Virus record (IMG/VR): IMGVR_UViG_3300021185_003947
Length of the DNA stretch: 64,000 nt
From: a virus
Taxonomy: Duplodnaviria > Caudoviricetes
Direction: 5' to 3' (one strand)
The notes beneath the pieces were generated by a model that did no database searches, was not told the DNA's origin, and saw only the letters and a program-made list of their open reading frames with translations. The position numbers and the translations under genes were made by a program. This document shows positions 59,686-64,000 of the stretch, piece after piece (the stretch's first letter is position 1; the number at the start of each line of letters is the position of its first letter).

Positions 59686-60864
59686 TTATGGTCTTAAATC
59701 TGAATCATAAAGTGGATAAGCTTGTGTCATATCAGAATCTGCAGCAAAGTGAGATGCACCAAGTTCAGCATATGCAAGCGATGTAGTAATAATAGATGGA
59801 TACGGAGTTTTCATATAGCTTGGATTATCTCCAGTGCCAACATAGAATGATGGATATGTTCCATAGTAACCATAAGAATCGATACCGTTTCCAAGATGAA
59901 GCGATGGATTACTATCAACTCTAATTAAAGTAGCACTATCAGTTGTTGTATTCCAACTTTGTCGTGTTTGTGCTGCCCAAGCATATGTAGTAGGATATGC
60001 TGCATTTAATTCAGCTATAGTTCTATTTAAATAAATATTTTCGCTTAATGGTCTAACATGTAATCGATAGTTATAAGAAATTCCATTATATACTTCTGAT
60101 ACAAGAGCAGTAATATCAACTAACTGTAAAGTATCTTCAACTGGTCTTGTTCCAAGTGAATCATATATAAAATTATCTGATAAATTTGCATTACTAATTA
60201 CAGAAAATGGAAAAGTATCTGCAAATGGTACGGGTGCAGCTGAGATTGCAGCATTAATTGCCGGCTCTTGAATTACTATTTCAGCCGCTAAATGAAAACC
60301 TGCGGGATGTACAAATTTCTTATATAACTCTTCCCACTCTGGCATACCTCTATCTGTTCTAATAAGGTGTGATAATAACTGATATATTCCGCCATCCTGT
60401 ATAACTTTTTGTTGGTCCACACCAATTTCAGAACTACTATCATTAAGATAAAACAAATCATTTTTTGGATAATGTATTTCGGCATCGGTTAAAAAGAAAG
60501 CTCTAAAAAATCCTTCAGATGAATATTTAGAACCTTTTACTCGATAAAATTTTGCAAAATTACGAATAATTTCTCTTGGCTTAACTGGGAATTTTTTAAT
60601 GCCTACACCTAAAGCAAATTCATTTAATAATAAATCTAATTGTTGTAAAGAATTATCTTCAATATCTCTACAAGTGTAAATATCTTTTATTAAACTACCA
60701 AATCCTTCAGCATCCATAAAGTCATAATAATATTCTAAAAATAAAATAATATTTGGATATTCTTTAATAAAATATTCTGGTAAGATTTCTTTTACAGAAC
60801 TCCTATGTAATTCTAATGGAAGTCTATTAAAATCTTTTAATGTTCTTTCGCGGCCATTTGACAT
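59686..60864 (-). CDS. Baseplate wedge protein (gp7-like N-terminal region)
   Basis: LPEYF..EYP..FLEYYY, FYRVKGS, KFVHPAGFHL; lies between gp6 and gp8. Confidence 0.7.
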   Translation of the reverse strand: MSNGRERTLKDFNRLPLELHRSSVKEILPEYFIKEYPNIILFLEYYYDFMDAEGFGSLIKDIYTCRDIEDNSLQQLDLLLNEFALGVGIKKFPVKPREIIRNFAKFYRVKGSKYSSEGFFRAFFLTDAEIHYPKNDLFYLNDSSSEIGVDQQKVIQDGGIYQLLSHLIRTDRGMPEWEELYKKFVHPAGFHLAAEIVIQEPAINAAISAAPVPFADTFPFSVISNANLSDNFIYDSLGTRPVEDTLQLVDITALVSEVYNGISYNYRLHVRPLSENIYLNRTIAELNAAYPTTYAWAAQTRQSWNTTTDSATLIRVDSNPSLHLGNGIDSYGYYGTYPSFYVGTGDNPSYMKTPYPSIITTSLAYAELGASHFAADSDMTQAYPLYDSDLRP

Positions 60865-60866
60865 TA

Positions 60867-62792
60867 TTAATACCCGCCTCCGCCAGAGCCATTAGATGAT
60901 ACACTGGAACTACCAGTTGATGATGTACCTACCACAGATCTACCGCTTGAACTATTTAATACTATATTTGTATTTTGGTAATCAATATTAACACCAACAA
61001 CTAAATTTGTTTCAGCAACTTTTAAAATATAATTTCTAAGAGGTTTAACCGATGTTTGATCTTGAGGAGTAGCTGAAATTTTAATGCTTGTTGAACCATC
61101 AATAATTGCTCTTGGTTCAAATCCATTTAATTGAACTAATCCACTTTGTGGAAAGTAAGATCCAATATTATCAACTAACACTGAACTATTTGCATCAATA
61201 ATTTGAAGTATTGTAGTATTTAATTTATTTCTCATTCTTGCAATAGTATTATTTTCACCATATGTAAAAGATGTAGATGTAATACTATAAGCATCTAAAC
61301 CAGGTTGTTCTAATCTTATTGGAAAATATATACTATAAGTATCTTGTAAATTTAATGTCGGTTTAAATTCAATTTGAAGTCTAACATTCATGCTTGAAGA
61401 AAGAATTGATTGATCATATGCATCAATCTGAGTTAGTAATGTTGATCTTCTGAAGGTTTTACCAAATCCTTTTAATACTGTATTAAAATGAGTAGTAATA
61501 AGTTCTTTTACTCTACCTTCAATATTACCAGATTTTAGACCAGTAAGATTAGGATCCCATTGAACTCTTGTATCTAGTTCAAAATTTAAAACTACTGGAT
61601 CTACAAATTTTGTTCCAATAGCCATAATTCCAAGATTGTTTGCATATGTATTAACTATATTTGCTTTAATATCTGTTTGTTCTGCTACAGTAGTAGTATT
61701 AGCAAATTGAGTGCTAATATAAACACATCCATAATCAACTGGAATATTATCTTGACTACCCCAACAAGCTACTGCTTCTATTTGTGGAAAATTAGCTTTG
61801 ATCATAGATTCATAATCAAGAGCTGTAACTAATCTTTGTTGAGTAGCAAATGCTGCTGGAGCTAACTGCTTAATAGTATCAATAGACTGTAATTCTGAAC
61901 CACTAATAGATTTTGTAATTCCAATAACATTTACGGGGTAACTTTGACCAAGTACACCAATGGTATCATTAGCTGTAAATGTAACTCCACCATTGCCAAC
62001 AGATCCTGCTGTGCTAAGATAATTAATAATAATTTTATTACCAGCAACTGGAGCTCTACCAAATGATACACCATCACCAAAATTTAACTCATAATATCCA
62101 TTAGGCATTTCTCTTAATGTGTAATAAGCTGAAGTAGAATCTACTGTTACTGCTCTACTTAATTCAGTATAAGTGTCGTAATCTTCTGATGTTGTAGAAT
62201 TATATACATCTACAACTGCAGTTTTAATATCCATATTTGGATCTGGTATTATATAAACTTGTCTATCAGATGTTTCACCAACATAAAAAGTTTTTGTAGT
62301 TACTTTACCTTCATATGCCATAATTTCTTGAACACCAGTATCTGTTGTAAATGTATATACGCCATTTGCTTCTATACCAGTATATTTTTGTCTAGTATGA
62401 AATTGATATGTATTGCCATCAATATTTGTATTAAAAGTAAAACCAGAAGGAAGAAGAATTGAAGTAGGTCTTCCTACAACTAAACCAGTATTGATACTTA
62501 CTCTTAATGTAACTTTTGAAGATGTTTTTGATGCAACATCTAAACCAAGCATTTCTGCGTGTGATACTACCGAAGGTCTTAATTGTGCTGTATCAAGAAA
62601 TGATTCGTTTAATGCAAAATTAGCTATAAGTCCATTATAGTGTGTATTATATGCTAATACATCTAAAATATTATTTAAACCCGATGCTTCAAAATCATAA
62701 TCTGCAAACTCAGATTTTGCTTTGAAAAAAGTTTTTAATGAAGACTTAATATTTTCAAAGTCAAGCTGCGTTGATGTAATATTAGTTGCCAT
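60867..62792 (-). CDS. gp6: Baseplate wedge subunit
   Basis: LDFENIK, DYDFEASGL..LDVLAYNTHY, ESFLDTA, FGDG, QQRLVTALDY. Confidence 0.97.
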   Translation of the reverse strand: MATNITSTQLDFENIKSSLKTFFKAKSEFADYDFEASGLNNILDVLAYNTHYNGLIANFALNESFLDTAQLRPSVVSHAEMLGLDVASKTSSKVTLRVSINTGLVVGRPTSILLPSGFTFNTNIDGNTYQFHTRQKYTGIEANGVYTFTTDTGVQEIMAYEGKVTTKTFYVGETSDRQVYIIPDPNMDIKTAVVDVYNSTTSEDYDTYTELSRAVTVDSTSAYYTLREMPNGYYELNFGDGVSFGRAPVAGNKIIINYLSTAGSVGNGGVTFTANDTIGVLGQSYPVNVIGITKSISGSELQSIDTIKQLAPAAFATQQRLVTALDYESMIKANFPQIEAVACWGSQDNIPVDYGCVYISTQFANTTTVAEQTDIKANIVNTYANNLGIMAIGTKFVDPVVLNFELDTRVQWDPNLTGLKSGNIEGRVKELITTHFNTVLKGFGKTFRRSTLLTQIDAYDQSILSSSMNVRLQIEFKPTLNLQDTYSIYFPIRLEQPGLDAYSITSTSFTYGENNTIARMRNKLNTTILQIIDANSSVLVDNIGSYFPQSGLVQLNGFEPRAIIDGSTSIKISATPQDQTSVKPLRNYILKVAETNLVVGVNIDYQNTNIVLNSSSGRSVVGTSSTGSSSVSSNGSGGGGY

Positions 62793-63236
62793 TTATCTTA
62801 GCCTCGCTACTGATGTTTCAATGACTTCTATTGAGCCTGTTGAAATTACTTGAAACTCTATTCTACAAAAAATATTGTTTAAGTCTGGTTGAATTACTGA
62901 TTGAACATTTATAAGCCTAGCTCTTGGTTCCCAATTTTTTATTGCCATTGCAATTTCTTCATTTACATCATCTTCTATTAAATCATCATTTAATTCAAAT
63001 AATAAACCTGATAAATCAGCACCAAAATTATGTGAAAACGGTTTTTCAAATTTATTAGTCATTAATAAATTCTTTATGGCCTGTTTAACTGCTGCAGCAT
63101 CTTCTTTTTTAAAAACATCACCATTAGTTTTTTTATTAAATGATAAATTAATATCCTTGCTCGTCCGCGTTCCCGAAGTAATAATACTCGGAGTAGATAA
63201 AATGCCATCTTCTGTTGCAAAAGCTCTTGTTACCAT
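62793..63236 (-). CDS. gp25: Baseplate wedge subunit
   Basis: AVKQAIKNLLMT..FEKPF..FG..L...LFE, IKNWEPR. Confidence 0.93.
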   Translation of the reverse strand: MVTRAFATEDGILSTPSIITSGTRTSKDINLSFNKKTNGDVFKKEDAAAVKQAIKNLLMTNKFEKPFSHNFGADLSGLLFELNDDLIEDDVNEEIAMAIKNWEPRARLINVQSVIQPDLNNIFCRIEFQVISTGSIEVIETSVARLR

Positions 63237-63261
63237 TTTGTTTATCTTCTATTGTTTATTC

Positions 63262-63269
63262 TATTTATA
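63262..63269 (-). promoter_or_regulatory. T4 late promoter TATAAATA
   Basis: Exact consensus upstream of gp25. Confidence 0.85.
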
Positions 63270-63279
63270 CATTTATTTG

Positions 63280-63999
63280 TTATTTTAAACTCCAATTAAG
63301 GCCTCCGCCGGTGCGAGATGCGCCTAGAATAAAGTCCTCTGCGCCTTCTTCAATAGCTATATACAGATGTTTAGATGGGATGGCTCTACTTATATACACT
63401 TTATATTCTGAAGGACCAAATCCATAGCCATTGGATCCATATCTATCAAACCATTCTTTTTCACCTTCAACATCATGATATGTAAGAGTACTTCCTGGAG
63501 CATGTTTACCAGCTTTTGCTGCTGCCAATAATTCTTCTCTACTGCCATACGTACCAGATGGTAATTCTGTTTCTATTTTAGCTTTTTTCGGTTTAGGTTC
63601 TTGTACCTGTTTTTTCTCTTCAACCGGTTTTGCTGCTTCAGCTTTTGTTTCGGCAGTTTGATAAACTTTATTTGTCCTCGGTGCTGGTAATGATCCACCT
63701 TCTTCATCTCTCATAGAAAACAAACTAGCATCCTTATACACAGAAAAATCACCTCCCCAGCCAAGACCATGCTCTCGAGCAATTTGCGATATTGCACTAG
63801 GGAAATCATGAACTAATGTAGTACCTTTTAAATTCTGAGAAATATTTATGTTTATTCCTAATCCAGATGCGTTTGATGTCCATAAATCTTCACCAGTAAA
63901 TTCATCTGGAAGATTTGAATATTTTTGAGTAGTGGTCGCATATCCATCAAGAGTTTTGATTTCATAATTATAATCTGGTCCTTCAAGTTTATTAATAAA
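63280..63999 (-). CDS. 3' part of a larger probable tail-associated protein with a degenerate M15-like peptidase domain
   Basis: The frame of the 63280-63741 ORF is open to the window edge and adds FINKLEGPDY...TSNASGLGININ...IAREHGLGWGGDFSVYKDASLFS. Confidence 0.75.
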   Translation of the reverse strand, partial: FINKLEGPDYNYEIKTLDGYATTTQKYSNLPDEFTGEDLWTSNASGLGININISQNLKGTTLVHDFPSAISQIAREHGLGWGGDFSVYKDASLFSMRDEEGGSLPAPRTNKVYQTAETKAEAAKPVEEKKQVQEPKPKKAKIETELPSGTYGSREELLAAAKAGKHAPGSTLTYHDVEGEKEWFDRYGSNGYGFGPSEYKVYISRAIPSKHLYIAIEEGAEDFILGASRTGGGLNWSLK

Positions 64000-64000
64000 T

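Noticed and set aside
60867-60960. Ser/Gly-rich C-terminal tail of gp6 (similarly the Gln-rich tail of gp20)
   Set aside because: Low-complexity termini with no further signal supporting a separate function.
817-63427. Many short antisense or alternate-frame ORFs inside structural genes (e.g. 817-1059, 2405-2941, 25317-25706, 49833-50303)
   Set aside because: They are fully nested in well-supported genes, lack RBS or promoter support and have no recognisable motifs; best explained as shadow ORFs.
63280-63741. 153-aa ORF treated as a complete gene
   Set aside because: The frame stays open to the window edge; the GTG at 63741 is internal to the M15-like domain.
207-63999. Alternative genetic code, introns or inteins in core genes
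   Set aside because: Core genes translate to expected lengths with the standard code; no intein or homing endonuclease motifs were noticed.
1-64000. tRNA, rRNA or other structured RNA genes
   Set aside because: Intergenic gaps are short and AT-rich; no cloverleaf or recognisable RNA motif was seen by eye.

Overview
This window is the morphogenesis region of an AT-rich T4-like myovirus; a marine or aquatic origin and the host are only inferred. Nearly all genes lie on the minus strand. Read in transcription order (right to left): end of a probable tail-associated protein carrying a degenerate M15 peptidase domain, gp25, gp6, gp7-like, gp8, a DUF4815-like baseplate protein, a fibre protein, a 10.7-kb enzyme island, one isolated + strand gene in its own promoter/terminator cassette, a 4423-aa giant fibre, four accessory fibre/receptor-binding proteins, gp13-15, two probable internal head proteins, gp16-20, gp67/68-like, small head-region proteins, gp21, gp22 and gp23. 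T4 late promoters (TATAAATA) precede many structural genes. The main discovery candidate is the island at 40358-51083. It encodes five radical SAM enzymes (four SPASM/twitch-type, one cobalamin-binding), four Fe(II)/2OG oxygenases (one JmjC-like) and three unknown proteins. These surround a 187-aa protein with its own late promoter that ends in CHAS-CHSS-CHGS-RGRR, which suggests a RiPP-like system that modifies a probable virion protein. Secondary signals are strong Asp-Ser enrichment in a subset of tail proteins, capsid-targeting-like N-termini on His-rich and glycine-zipper proteins, and a duplicated 54-bp early promoter. All product calls come from motif recognition and gene order; no database search was run.
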